NCBI GenBank assembly: GCA_951406725.2
Contig: OX597824.1
Location: forward strand, 68,138,001-68,202,000
Reading direction: 5' to 3'
DNA length: 64,000 nucleotides
Source: Octopus vulgaris
Taxonomy: Eukaryota
The notes under the pieces were generated by a model, which made no database searches, was not told the DNA's origin, and saw nothing but the letters and a program-made list of their open reading frames with translations. Positions 12,314 to 24,887 of this stretch are shown here, in pieces. Made by a program: the position numbers and the translations under genes. Within the stretch, counting starts at the first letter, position 1. Every line of letters begins with the position of its first letter.

Positions 12314-13078
12314 TTTTTTTCTTTGTATTTTTGTACGTTTGCTTTTCTGATCTCTGTAAAGTTTTTCAGAATCTTATTCAGTCGTTAATATTTAAAGGTT
12401 CAGTATCATCTACTGCAAGCTGCGATCTATTATTATCTTATTCGCTAATATTCAGTAATATGATTATATTGTTATATAACGAATTCCTGGGATACATTTA
12501 TATATTCACACTTCACTTTCAAAACGGCATTGATAATTGTGAAACTGCTGAACTGACGAAAATAATTGGGAATGAGAAAGAGAGGGGGAGGGGAGAGAGC
12601 GGGGAGAGAGAGATAGTGGGGGGTAAAGGAAGAGAGAGGGAGAGAGACACAGACAGACAGGCTGGCAGGCAGGCAGGCAAGTAGGCAGATAGGTAGGTAG
12701 ATTGTGAAAAAAAAATGAGAAAGAGAGGAAAGCACTGGTACATCGATGTTGCTTCTTTTCTTTTTAACTCAACTGCTTAAGAATTTGGATATTAAAAACA
12801 TCCGAATCAGTTTTTTGAAATTGCATGTATCTATCATTTAGCAATAAAGTTTAAAACAGCTATACTAGTAACATGCTAAAATCAAATTAGCCGTTTGGGT
12901 TGTTGTACAACTGTCTTTCATGTGGAAGCAATATGGTACTTCAGGAAAGTTATTTAATGGTTTTTTCGTTCCTTTTTAATATTTATTGGACTTCTTGATA
13001 ATTTTTTTATTATTTCTGTATGTCTGTAATTGCTTTACGAATTACTCATGTTTCCAACAGTTTAAATGATATTCCGAA

Positions 13079-13182
<104 letters not shown>

Positions 13183-13194
13183 CAATAATAATTA

Positions 13195-14310
13195 TTACAG
13201 CAAACAGGTTGCAGTGATGGGGTACCATACTACTATACAACTACCACGCAATGGAATACTTACCTTCGAAAAAGCCAGGACATGCTAACGACCTATCCAG
13301 GTTAATACCCAGAAATGGCGATACATTCGAAGACACAGTAATAGCAGCCCTAAGAGTCGAAGAGGAATTTCAACACATAATGTGGAACATTGTATGAGAG
13401 TTACCAATAACTCTGGAGAAAATAAAGCGACACGCATCAAAAGAGAAGTTCATTAATGAAACAAGAAAAAACTCAGTGGCCAGCTCAAGAAAACAAAAAT
13501 AGGTTCGATAAGAAAAAACAGCAACAAGTAAATATAGATTCAACATACGACGGCGTACTGATGTATGACGAAAGGGTAGATATACCTGAGACTTTACAAA
13601 AGATGTTGAAAGAATTCCATATGCACAATTATGTGTATTGGCCGAAGATGGACAAAGAAGTGGAAAATGTAGTAAACAGCTATAGAAGATTACTTTGGCA
13701 GCGAAATGCCTACTTAAAAATGGGAGCCTTGGCCAGAAGTAAAAAGTCCATGGTCAAGACTACATATTGATTTTGCGGTTTCGTTTAATGGTTATTACTA
13801 TTTAGTAGTAAACAGTTTTACAAAATGGCCGGAAATTGCTAAGTGAAAAATGCCAACTTCCGAAACGGTAATAAATTTTTTGCACGAATTATTCACAAGA
13901 TTTGGAATCCCAGACGTGATTTATCTGATAATGAAACACAATCTGTGTCCAGTGAATTTAGAAAAGTCTGCGAAATGTTCATGGTAGAGCATAAAATGAT
14001 AATGCCTTACCATCCCAGATCAAATGGACAGGCAGAGAGGTTTGTGGACACTTTTAAAAGAACTTTGAGAAAAGCAAACAAAGAAGTCACAGACGAGGTC
14101 GCTCTGCAGCAATTCCTACGGGTATACAGGGTGACACCGAACCCTGATACACCAACGGAAAGCTCAGCAGCAGAGCTGATGTTCGCGAGGAAGTGAACTC
14201 AGTTTTTGACACACTGTTAACTGGTGAGGAAAGAAAAAGTACTAGGAAAGACAATCCAAAATTTTTCAAAATTGGTGATAAGGTGTACTTGAGGTGGTAT
14301 AAATCAGGGT
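13195..14310 (+). mobile_element. Ty3/Gypsy pol relic (RNase H end plus integrase)
   Basis: ANRLQ*WG, GHANDLSRL, YVYWPKMDKEVE, PWSRLHIDFA, FGIPDV.SDN and PYHPRSNGQAERFVDTFKR motifs; stops and frameshifts. Confidence 0.85.
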
Positions 14311-14334
14311 TAAATATATACACGAATTAGCTAA

Positions 14335-15060
14335 ACTTATTAGATAAGTAATTTAACTTATGTCTACATTTAATTTTTCATTCATCTTGGCAATTAATTA
14401 TTTTTTTATTATTGGATAATATTATCTTCATAACTTCATTTGTACATAGTAAACAAAAATCATTACCTATTCAATAAGATTTAGCTTTACAAACTATCTC
14501 CCAATTTAAATTATACTTAATCCCTTTAGATTTCAATTCTGATATATATTTGCTAAGGCCAATAGAATTAATCTATGTTGTATTCTTAAATGAATGCATG
14601 TGATGAGCCACCATTAATTTAATTTAATTAGAAGTCGACCCCACGATAATCGCATTTAAATTATAACTATTCGTATTAATATTATCATCAATCAAAATCA
14701 CTACACATTTATATACCACATCATCCAAATTACATTTATTTTTAAATTTACATTTTGTATTATATCTACATGTACAATTAACTACATTCTGGTCTTTATT
14801 ATTATTGGAATAATTATTTAATTTGCTACTGTAAAACTTATTAAGCTTAAATCTATTAAAAGAAGAAATAATGTTACCAACATTATTAGTAGTAGAATAA
14901 CCAACTCCAAAATTATTACTAGAAAAAATGTTATATATTTTATTATCTATAATGAATACTTCAATTAATTTTAATATCTCTTTAATAATGTTCGTTTTAA
15001 CTTGAACCCCATAAGGAATAATTAACCAAATTTTCTTATTATCAACATTATTTTTATTTA
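14335..15060 (-). mobile_element. Penelope-like element relic (Cys-rich linker plus GIY-YIG endonuclease)
   Basis: Minus-strand translation gives KIWLIIPYGVQVKTNI, YSTTNNVGNIISSFN, NCTCR...KCNLDDVVYK, LSKYISELK...YNLNWEIV, CLLCTNE and CRHK. Confidence 0.75.
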
Positions 15061-15498
15061 TTATATTATATTTATTATTATGACAAAAATTTAATTTATT
15101 CTTATCTTTTAGACTATTATTATATTTATTTATTGTATTATCTTAATACCTATTATTAAAAATTATAATTTCAGTTAACTGGAATTCTTCAATAAGATTA
15201 GTTATGATTTTATTTTTCATTAATATTATCATATTTTCTTCGATTATTTAGTGTTTAGATTCATATATTTCTATATTTATTTGATAATTTATTATATGTT
15301 TAGATACATACATTTATTCTATTATTATTTTAGACCTGAAGAGTGGCTACATATTGTTAAATCGAATTGAATTTTAAATCGAATTTAAGTGAGATTTTTA
15401 AAATAATATTTATTATGATATATTTAAATTTTTTCTATATGGTGTGGATAATGTTTCACTATTGAATTACTTAATAGAGGTTATTTCTCTTAATTATA

Positions 15499-15559
<61 letters not shown>

Positions 15560-15632
15560 CCACATATATATATACATACATACATACATACATACATACA
15601 TACATACATACATACATACATACATACATACA

Positions 15633-15664
<32 letters not shown>

Positions 15665-16082
15665 AGGCGTGGCTGTGGTAAGAAGCTTGCTTCCTAACCA
15701 CATACCTCCGGGTTTAGTCCCACTGCATGACAGCTTGGCCAAGTGTCTTCTACTAAAGCCTCATGCCAACCAACGCCTGAAGCCCGTCGTATGTGTGTGT
15801 GTGAATGTGTGTGTGTCTGTGTCTGTGTGACTGTAGGTTTGTGTTTCTGTGTTTGTCCTCACACCTTTGCTTGACAATCGATGTTGGTGTGTTTACGTCC
15901 CCGTGACTAAGCGGTTCGGCAAAATAGCTCGATAGAATAAGTAATAGACTTGCAAAGAATAAGTCCTGGAGTCGATTGTTTCAACAAAAGGCGGTGATAA
16001 TGACACAAACAAGTAAAAAGAATAAAAAGAAAAAAGAATATATATATATATATGCATGTATATATGTATGTATCTATGTATG

Positions 16083-16145
<63 letters not shown>

Positions 16146-16515
16146 AGAGACACAAACGCAGGAGTGGCTGTGTGGTAAGTAGCTTGCTTACAAACGACAT
16201 GGTTCGGGTTCAGTCCCACTGCGTGGCACCTTGGGCCGGCCAAAGCCTTGTGAGTGAATTTGGTAGAACGAAACTGAAAGGAGACTGTCGTATATATGTG
16301 TGTGTGTGTTTGTGCATCTGTGTTAATCCCCCCACCATCGCTTGATAGCCGATGCTGGTGTGCTTACGTCCCCGTAACTTAACAGTTCGGTAAAAGAGAC
16401 CGATTGAATAAGTATTAGGCTTACGAAGTCCTGACAGGGGTCGATTTGTTCGACTAAAGGTGGTGGCCCAGCATGGCCGCAGTCAAATGACTGAAACAAA
16501 TAAGAGAAAGAAAGA
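15665..16515 (+). mobile_element. Two adjacent SINE family C copies
   Basis: Heads ggctgtggtaag...gggtt(t/c)agtccc at about 15665 and 16159; shared body and tail ccagcatggccgcagtcaaatgactgaaac. Confidence 0.8.
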
Positions 16516-16947
16516 AATATTAGTGTTTTATGTTCTTATGTAAGTATGTATGCATGTATGTATGTAAGTATATATGCATGTATGTACGTATGTATGTATG
16601 CGTATATGTTAGTGCACATGCATTTGTTGTAGGTAAATAAAAATGGACGAACAACACTTAGTAACCAAAGTATGCAATATATTTTTATGAAATTGAGAAG
16701 GTCACCTCAAAATTTGGTTCGGTTTTTGACATTGGTGTTTACGATGCAATAAAACAGAAACCAAGTAATAACTTGCTGAAATATACGTGAATGAAAGTGA
16801 TACGTTTTTCATTGTTGCTTGCAAAATACCAGACTGTAGTTGCTGTCCAGATAAAGGGCTATGCTGGGGCACCGCCTTTTGTTGGACAAATCGACCCCAG
16901 GACTTATTCTTTGCAAGCCTAGTACTTATTCTATCGGTCTCTTTGTG

Positions 16948-17170
16948 CATAAAACAAAACATACAAATATGCACGTATACATACATACATACATACATAC
17001 ATACATACATACATACATACATACATACATACATACATACATACATGCATGCATGCATACATACATACCCTGTTGTTGATATTGAAATTCCAATAAAGGA
17101 GCCTTGGATCTAGGTTAGAAACCGGCTCTTTCTCTGTTGGTAAGAAATCTTGAAATAAAACTGAATAATG
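16948..17170 (+). mobile_element. 3' UTR fragment of an R4-type RLE retrotransposon ending in (CATA)n
   Basis: Matches 50455-50677. Its start cataaaacaaaacata matches the 3' UTR after the RLE ORF at 57291. Confidence 0.65.
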
Positions 17171-17284
17171 ACATACATATATACATACATGTATACATAC
17201 ATACATACATACATACATACATACATACATACATACATACATACACATGTTGTTTGGTTCATTCATTTTATTTATATTTTCTAT

Positions 17285-18030
17285 TCCTTGTATAGGCTAT
17301 TTTATTGCTTATATGAGAAGAATTCTTCATCATGTCTTATTTCGTCAAAGAAACGCGTAGTACACTGCAATTACCAAAATGTATTGTTATCGAAATAAGC
17401 AAGACAGCAAATAATAAACGAGGTACCTTTTGAAAAGTCACCTGAGAGGATCCATCAGCACATAAGATACACCACGACTGTTTGTACTGTATCTCACCTG
17501 CAAGGTACCGGTACATGACGGGTCGAAACGATTGTAATGGATAAAGAGTCTCGTGAATTCCATTTTCTTTCTCTCATATTTTTAAAATAAATTCTTGGGG
17601 CACAAAAGAATCCCCAAAATAAATTCAGCAGCATATACCTCCATACTGTTGTTGACATCAGGTAGCCGAAAACTGTGAACGGGATTTAACAGTATACTAC
17701 AAGGTGTATAGTACAAGAATTTAAAATACTACTTATTCCGACAAGTATCCGATACCCAGAGAAAGTTGCTATCCAGTAGCGTGCCTCGAAAATGGAAAAA
17801 ATTGCAGTCGACGTTTCGTTGACACATATTCCAATACCCAGCAAGAATAAATACATTAAGAAATCCTCAGAGAAAACTAACTATTGTAGGATGCGGTGGA
17901 AGGCATTCTTCTTCGATCGAGAAAGGACAGTACATAAGATGAACAAAAAGCCGATGATATACTTAGATCAGAATTTATATCACTGAAAAACCCACTTACT
18001 AACCAACACTTAGCAAAATTCGAAGAATAA
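17285..18030 (+). mobile_element. Penelope-like pseudo-LTR plus ORF start (decayed)
   Basis: C..CLYEK-like endonuclease tail, then a degenerate hammerhead (17495-17541, ...gtcGAAACGATTGTA), then MEKIAVDVSLTHIPIPSKNKY...RMRWKAFFF, which is typical of a PLE ORF N-terminus. Confidence 0.6.
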
Positions 18031-18039
18031 CTTTTAGGT

Positions 18040-19140
18040 TGACATGCAAAGCCCCAAACGTCGACTTTTTATGACCATCATCAAGCAACTACTTCAAATT
18101 CTCACGTATTATTTAGAAATATAAAAGTCATCCCTCAAACTTGACAACCGTAAAAGTTGCACATTTTATTTTCAAAAATTGAGAAATGTGAGAAAAATAA
18201 GTCAACTTTCCAGAATAATCGTAAACCAACCAACATGGTCGTTTAATTTGCAATTTGGAAGATGATTCCTATGTCGACCAATCATATGCCTCGTTGCATT
18301 CACTGCTCATAGTAAAAATTGGCGGTGCACATGTAGTTTGCGTTGTCTTCTGATGCGAACGATTCCGAGGGGAAAATCTTCGGCATTTTGTTACATGCAT
18401 GTGATTAAGACTTACGGAAGAGTTCTCCCATTTTCAGAGAAAAGTTTCAATAAGTTCAAAGAGTGTGCTACATTGTGGAAAGAATTAAAAAATCGTCGGT
18501 AAAGTGTCATCGCGGAAAAAGCAGATACTGCTCTTGCTAAGCGCCAGCTTGCCTTGGGTAATCGGATACTTCCCCCTGGTGTTCAGCCCATCTTCACCCT
18601 CATTTATGGCAATAATGAATTTGGCGAAGAAACTTGTTAGCGGGAACGGTACTACACATAATACCAATGGCATCATTATACAGCACCCCACCAGCCAAAC
18701 AGAGTATGAGCTTCTCAAGATCGCCATTCCAAAGGCCAAGAAGATAGCATTTGAAATAGCCTCCAGTGAAGCACAAAACGCACTATGGACGCAAGAAGAT
18801 TAGACCCCAGCAATTCAGCAAACTCGGCCTTAAGTGTGACGAACACCAATATGTACAAATAAGTGCACAGGATATTGATGTTGTACGCAGGCTGCTGAAG
18901 ACAGTGGAGGTTGGTGAGAAATTGCTCCCAGGATAGACAGGAATGAATGTAATTCTGAGTAAACCTGTTCCAAGGCTGTCTACAGTCTGCTACATCGATG
19001 CCAGTCCTACAGAATTCGACACTATTGTACATATTCATCTTGCCATATTAAAGGGTATGTTCCTTTTCGTATGGGAAGGATGGCAAGATCTAAAGTCTAA
19101 TCGACTTTCTAAAAAGGTTCTTTTCTCAATCTTAACTCTT
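18040..19140 (+). mobile_element. DNA transposase relic, possibly Academ-like
   Basis: SGNGTTHNTNGIIIQ, LPG*TGMN (W.GFN) and YIDASPTEFDTI motifs recalled from large invertebrate transposases; the superfamily assignment is tentative. Confidence 0.4.
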
Positions 19141-19167
19141 TGAGAAAAAAATCTTCTCTCCAAATAA

Positions 19168-19229
<62 letters not shown>

Positions 19230-19319
19230 GGAAAAGGATGCGTGGCGTTCGATCATATAATAATATAAATAATATATAAATATATGCATATATACAGACA
19301 TATATGTACATACCTACAT

Positions 19320-19680
19320 GGGTATATATGCATAAATACATACATATATGTACATACCTACATGGGTATAAGACATAAAAAAAAACGTTGAACACAATGA
19401 GAAACGAAACCATAAAAACAAAAACATAGGAAACAATTTTTTTTCGAACAACGAAAAAAAAAACCAAAGAAACGATACATGCAACAAAAAGAATATTCCC
19501 TTCATCTGTTGTCCCTGTTTCATTTACTCCGCGTTTGGAAGGTAAGGACAATACGCAACTTCGTTGAAATAGTCCTTCTCGCAAAGCAAATTAAATAAAA
19601 TTTGGAATTTTTTGCGGTGGTAACAAGAACAGGACAATGAGAACAAGACAGTAAAAACAAACGGTGAGGGCTGTTGAGTC
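19320..19680 (+). mobile_element. Dispersed repeat, same family as 3097-3330 and 59180-59600
   Basis: Shared block ggaaggtaaggacaatacgcaacttcgttgaaatagtccttc...aaagcaaattaaataaaatttgg. Confidence 0.7.
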
Positions 19681-20324
19681 AAGATGATAGAAAAATTCTT
19701 ATGAACGCTAGGAGGACGAGCTATGAGAGCAGACAGGTATAAGTACGTCTTGTCTTTAGGAAGGAAATGGACAGAAAGATAGATTCCCTTTCGTCACGTG
19801 TCAGCGACGAGAGAGTCAAGGAGGAAGAGTGAGAGAGATGGAACGGTGAGGAGGAGAGGAGAAGAATAGGGAAGTGTGGAGAGAAAACCATAAAGGATGA
19901 AGAACAAGAGAGAGAGAGAGATATAGAAAAAGAACATATCTCTCCTCTTGTTCTTCATCTTTTCTGGTTTTCTCCTCTCCTCCGGTGAAAGTGTTTTTTC
20001 GGTGGGGGCGGTATTTTGGCTAGTGATTTTGGCAGCTGTATGCATTTTCTTCTTTAATGCCTCGAGTGTGTCAGTGGTCATAGTAAAGTGAAGTCTTTCG
20101 TATGAGTTTCCATACAGTTTAAATGTTTACTCTCACCCACCTAAGCCGACATCAAAATTTTACTTAATTTCCTTCGTTCTTCATTTTTTTTTTTTTTTTT
20201 TTTGCTTGTAACATAAGTAAAACGCTTTCTCTGTTTTTACTTTCCGCCGTCGAAAAAAAAAAAACAATAACTGAAACATTAGATTCCACCCACTCACCCA
20301 CCCTCACATCAAATCGACGTACTG

Positions 20325-21026
20325 AGATATTTTAGGATTTCTTGTAATATTATTTGCTTTAATTGAATTAAGTTTATTGTTTCCAAATATGTTGTGGGAT
20401 GCTGAGAATTTTATTCCTGCAAATCCTTTGGTTACTCCTATTCATATTAAACCTGACTAAGGCGGCGAGGTGGCAGAATCGTTAGCACGCCGGGCGAAAT
20501 GAGTAGCCGTATTTCGAGCGCCGCTGCGTTCTGAGTTCAAATTCCGCCGAGGTCGACTTTGCCTTTCATCCTTTCGGGATCGATTAAATAAGTACCAGTT
20601 ACGCACTGGGGCCGATGTAATCGACTTAATCGATTTGTCTGTCCTTGTTTGTCCCCTCTATGTTTAGCTCCTTGTGGGCAATAAAGAATTAAATATTAAA
20701 CCTGAGTGATGTTTTTTTTTGTTTGCTTATGCTATTTTACGTTCAATTCCTAATAAGTTAGGGGGTGTAGTTAGTTCGGGTATATCTATTGTTGTGTTTT
20801 TTGTTTGTCCACTTTTACATATTAGAGGGTGTATAGGGTTAAGTTATAATTTTCTAGGACAATTTTGTTTTTGATTTTTAGTTGGTGTATTTTTTATTTT
20901 AACTTGAGTTGTCATGTAGTGTATCCATATGAAATACTTGGTCGAATTTTTAGAGTTATATATTTTGCTTGTTTTTTAGTTCGACCTATTTTAGATATGG
21001 TATGAATATATATATTAGATTATTAG
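20325..21026 (+). pseudogene. cob: Nuclear mitochondrial insertion (NUMT): 3' part of cytochrome b, interrupted by a SINE
   Basis: Invertebrate mitochondrial code gives DILGF...[20 protein letters not shown]|[21 protein letters not shown], with TGA read as Trp; frameshift near 20915. Confidence 0.93.
20457..20692 (+). mobile_element. Full-length SINE family B inserted into the NUMT
   Basis: 13-bp TSD atattaaacctga at 20444-20456 and 20693-20705. Confidence 0.9.
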
Positions 21027-21088
21027 GTTATATTGGATAAATATGGATTTTGAAAACCTTTTGTAAGTGTTCGATTTACTTGTAACCT
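21025..21088 (+). tRNA. trnS2: Mitochondrial tRNA-Ser(UGA) copy within the NUMT (pseudogene)
   Basis: Acceptor stem aggttat/gtaacct, anticodon loop ttTGAaa, T arm gtaagt-gttcgat-ttac; lies directly after cob. Confidence 0.8.
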
Positions 21089-21097
21089 TTAAGAATA

Positions 21098-21139
21098 AAG
21101 TTATAAAAATAAGATATTTAATTTTGGTTTACAAGACCA
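21098..21139 (-). tRNA. trnT: Partial mitochondrial tRNA-Thr(UGU) at the NUMT end
   Basis: Minus-strand anticodon arm tggt-ctTGTaa-acca; the 5' half is missing. Confidence 0.6.
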
Positions 21140-21691
21140 GCTCTTCAACACCGGTGTCATTTATTAGGTTTTGCAGAAGCTGGTAACCACTCGCTCCTTG
21201 GAATTCGAAGAGTCAACCGTTGGCTGTCAGATTGGTTGGTTAGTTGACAGGTTGATTTCCCTAGTTATGTTTGTTGAGAGTTTGAGAAGCAGAGAGTAAG
21301 TAAAAGAGAGGTATAGAAAGAGTGAAAATAAGGGGAGCAGGATAAGTACATACAAGGCTTGGAGCCAGGCAGCAAGTAAAGGAATGCTATGCATACCAAG
21401 AGAGAAAGAAATATAGAGACAGGAGCAGGGGAGGAGGAGAAGGAGGACAGAGAGTATATGAAAGAGTGGTTATCAGAGGAGTTATAAAAAAATAATTTTA
21501 ATTTTAGTTTATTTCAAGATAATAAATATTTTATTAACAGTAATCGCCAAGCTAATATGGCAGTCCAGAAATATAAGACGATTGCTGCCGTTGATTAGCT
21601 CCAAGAGGTCATCACCTCTAGCTAGCTATGTGACACACGAACCTGTATCCATTATAACTAATATTTTGTTTTCCGCAAATTTGTATTCACA

Positions 21692-21850
21692 GGCGAGGCT
21701 GAGTAGTAAGTAGTTTGCTTTCCAGCCATATGGTACTGGGTTCAATTCCACTGCTTTGCACCTTAGGCAAGTGTCTTCTACTACAGCCCCGGGCCGACCA
21801 AAGCTGTATGAGTGGATTTGGTCGATGGAAACTGAAAGTAGTCCGTCGTA
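21692..21850 (+). mobile_element. SINE family C, 5' part
   Basis: Homologous to 48688-48850. Confidence 0.75.
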
Positions 21851-21894
21851 GACATACACACATATATATAATTATACATGTGTGTGTGTGTGTT

Positions 21895-22950
21895 TTAGCG
21901 CACAGGCCTTAGCTCTGACAACGCACACTTCGTGTTTCACCTCACAGAAATAGTCAATGGCCATCGTCGGCGCTAACAAGTCGGTCGCGATGCCGTTACT
22001 AATAGCCTCTTCTAGTTTGCTAACTAGTTCTCCCTCTAATCTATTTCTTTCTGTTGCTAAATCTTTGCTAAACACGATCGATTCTACTTTAATCGCTCTC
22101 TTCGGAGCAATCCACCACCGGTTGTTGACGATAGCCTCCGTCAATTGCCGCTTAACTAGTTCGCTAATCCGGTCCCTGTAGTCTTCACGAGCCGGTAAGG
22201 ACGCATTCCACTTCCAGTAACCGGGTCCCTGTCTACGGATCCTATCTAAATCGACTGAGCATATCACAAATTTGTGATCTGTGTAACCGACCAATTTAAA
22301 TTGTGGACAACCTATGTTATCCCTATCCTCTAACCTCTAACCTAACAAATACTCTATCTAAATATGATCTAGATGACCCGCTGTGGTTGCTCCAGGTCCA
22401 CACTGGCACATCAGGGAAATCCAGTCGGTACCTGTCAGAAAGCTGGAAAGTCCTGAGCAGGTTTCGAGGCTTTTACACCCCCGTCTACTATGTACTAAAC
22501 CCAAACAGACCTTCCGTATGTCTAAAATACTATTCCAGTCGCTCAGAGGCACTAAAGTGGGAGACGTTGCCAAGAATGTTTCTAGACGTCTGAAGAAATC
22601 TGGCCTTCCAGACCCTGCTGGAGCATAAACCGCCACCAGTCTAAAGGTCCCGCCTTCGCTGCTGTTCACGTCCAGGATCACCATCCTACCATCCGGGTCC
22701 AGGAAGATAGCCCGTACTTGGAGGTCTAAAGCAGCACTGCTATACTGCCACCCGCTCCCGATAGACCACAATATGAGAATACTTCGTAGTCCTCGAAATT
22801 GAATGCTGGGGCGTGTTTACCGGAGTTTCTTGTTTCACTAATGGCAGCCACGTCCAAATCAAGTGACCTGAGATCATTGAGCAAGTGACCTTGCTTCCAA
22901 GTTGATCCTAGGCCACACACATTTACACATCCTATTCTCAGTACAGCCAT
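21895..22950 (-). mobile_element. L1/Tx1-clade ORF2 N-terminal APE endonuclease relic
   Basis: IGCVNVCGL, DVAAISET, DPDGRMVILD, LVAVYAP, SDWNSILD, TDHKFV and GPGYWKWNASL motifs over three frames. Confidence 0.85.
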
Positions 22951-23003
22951 GTTAGAGGGAAAAAGAAAATGAGGAGAGGTTACTCACCTTGGTTTTCGAG
23001 AAG

Positions 23004-23170
23004 CCGATAGTTGTTGTTGACAAACAACGGCAGTAGTTTTATTCAGCTGAATACACGTCATTCACTGGTTGAAATTACCGAAATACGACAATTTTAACAC
23101 AAAATAACTTCGTAAATATAATCTTTTCTCAAAAACCCCAAGAGTAAAAGATGTTTTATATGACACATTG
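23004..23170 (+). mobile_element. Fragment of the TIR of the TTAGGG-bearing element
   Basis: Matches about 37900-38068. Confidence 0.8.
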
Positions 23171-23282
23171 TAACAGTGTCCGAACGTGTGTATATATGTA
23201 TACACACACACACACACACACACACACTTGTTTGTAGTTTATACACCTGTCTTCGTCGTTTGTTTTTCTGTAAATTCCAAAC

Positions 23283-23311
<29 letters not shown>

Positions 23312-23321
<10 letters not shown>

Positions 23322-24329
23322 ATTTGGAGATGGTCTTGCTGCCAGTTTAGCCAATAAAAACACGCGCACTATATATTTGGCGTTCACTTGCTTCAGCTTT
23401 ATTTTATATTAATCGTATTTCGGCTAGAGGTCTTTCGTCACACTTCTGTGACCTCATCATTGGTCCTTTGCTTTCATCCTTCTTTTTTGAGTGTCTTTCC
23501 TTACAAATGATCAGTCATTTTGTATTCCTACTGTATGTGTCTTTATTTGCTCATGCGTATATCCCTGTGTGTGTCTATGTTTAGTAAGTGGGGGAAACGT
23601 GCCTGTATTATCAATATCCCTTGTTTATATACACGTTCGTTTAATTTGGTTTTATTTATTTTGTTCATTTGTTTATTTATATCTACTTATTTTTTCTTTC
23701 CTTTTTTGTATTTAACTTAATTTAATTTATTTTGTTAATGTATGTAGTTATTTAGTTCCATTTATTTATCTGTGTATTGTATTATATTCATATTATTATC
23801 AATTTATGGGGATCTTATTCTGTCATAGGTTGTGGTATGTTGGAGGTGTGTGTTAGTGTTCCATTCTAGTTTCCTATTCAGGCTAGGTTGTCTTCTATTA
23901 TGTGTGTAGCTTCCGTAATTTGTCTAAGCGTTGCGTCTGTTCTATGAGCGGACAAAATTTTAACTTCTATGTTGTTGAGCGAGACCCCGTGTTCCTGCTC
24001 GGCGTGTTCCTTAAGTTCCCTCCAATGCTCATTTACCCGCTCTCCTATGCTCCGTTCTGTTTCCCCTACGTACATCGTTATCTTGTTACTGCACCGTCCC
24101 TCTGTACATCTTATATTATAGACTACATTCCTAGCTTTACATTTTGTATGTGGGGTAAATCTACATAGAGTACAGTTTCTATTAGTACAAGTGTTTCTAG
24201 TGACGAAAGAACTCTGGCCGAAATACGATTAATATAAAATAAACCTGCAGCAAGTGAACACCAAATATATAGTGCGTGTGCTTTTATTGGCTAAACTGAC
24301 AACATGACCATTCCCAAATACAACAATAT
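23312..24329 (-). mobile_element. Penelope-like element 3' relic with inverted terminal duplication
   Basis: GIY-YIG motif NVVY...YVGETERSIGERVNEH (23878-24130). About 128-bp inverted repeats at 23312-23441 and 24200-24329. Degenerate hammerhead at 23421-23466. Confidence 0.8.
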
Positions 24330-24385
24330 CTGTTTCAACACATAAATTCACATTCTTAGAACGTATGAAGTCCAAAATTCAAATA

Positions 24386-24887
24386 CCGTAAATACTCGAG
24401 TATAATGCGCATTTTTTTCCCAAAATTTAAAGATCAAAATCCTTAACATTAGGTTAAAAATGAAAATTATTTTCTAAGCAATGTCCGAGTCTCTATTTGC
24501 TGTCCGGCAATGTTTATTCAGACGCATTTTATGATGTCGGGCGCGAAAATATCTTAAGCTAAGCCTGAAAGCAATGAAGTCATAAAAGAATCATCTATAA
24601 CTTGCAGTTAGCAACATTTATTACACGTTGTTACTATTATTTCTTTATTTTCTGTAAACAAAATACAAAAGAAAAGCTACACTCTTGCATTATGTTATAT
24701 ATACAATAATAATAAAGTACGTTACCGTATACATTTTTACAAACCAAGGACGTTATATAGACCTCCTTGGCTCAAGTTAGAGAAGGGGTGCGTATTATAC
24801 ACAAGGTTTAGGTTTTTCAGAGGTACAGCCCCCTAAAAATCCCCTGCGTATTATACTCAAGGGCGGACTATACTCGAGGATTTACGG
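24386..24887. mobile_element. pogo/Tc1-type MITE (~500 bp)
   Basis: TIRs ccgtaaatactcgagtata and tatactcgaggatttacgg, TA on both flanks, no ORF. Confidence 0.85.

Noticed and set aside
15333-15400. CTGAAGAG as a hammerhead core next to the PLE relic
   Set aside because: No stem II closure or GAAA/stem III could be found downstream.
17085-17135. Hammerhead-like hairpin plus GAAACCGG in the RLE element 3' UTR (also about 50590-50640)
   Set aside because: No CUGANGA-compatible core or stem I in either copy.
20325-21139. Mitochondrial contig contamination
   Set aside because: It is interrupted by a nuclear SINE with a TSD and carries frameshifts, so it is a real NUMT.
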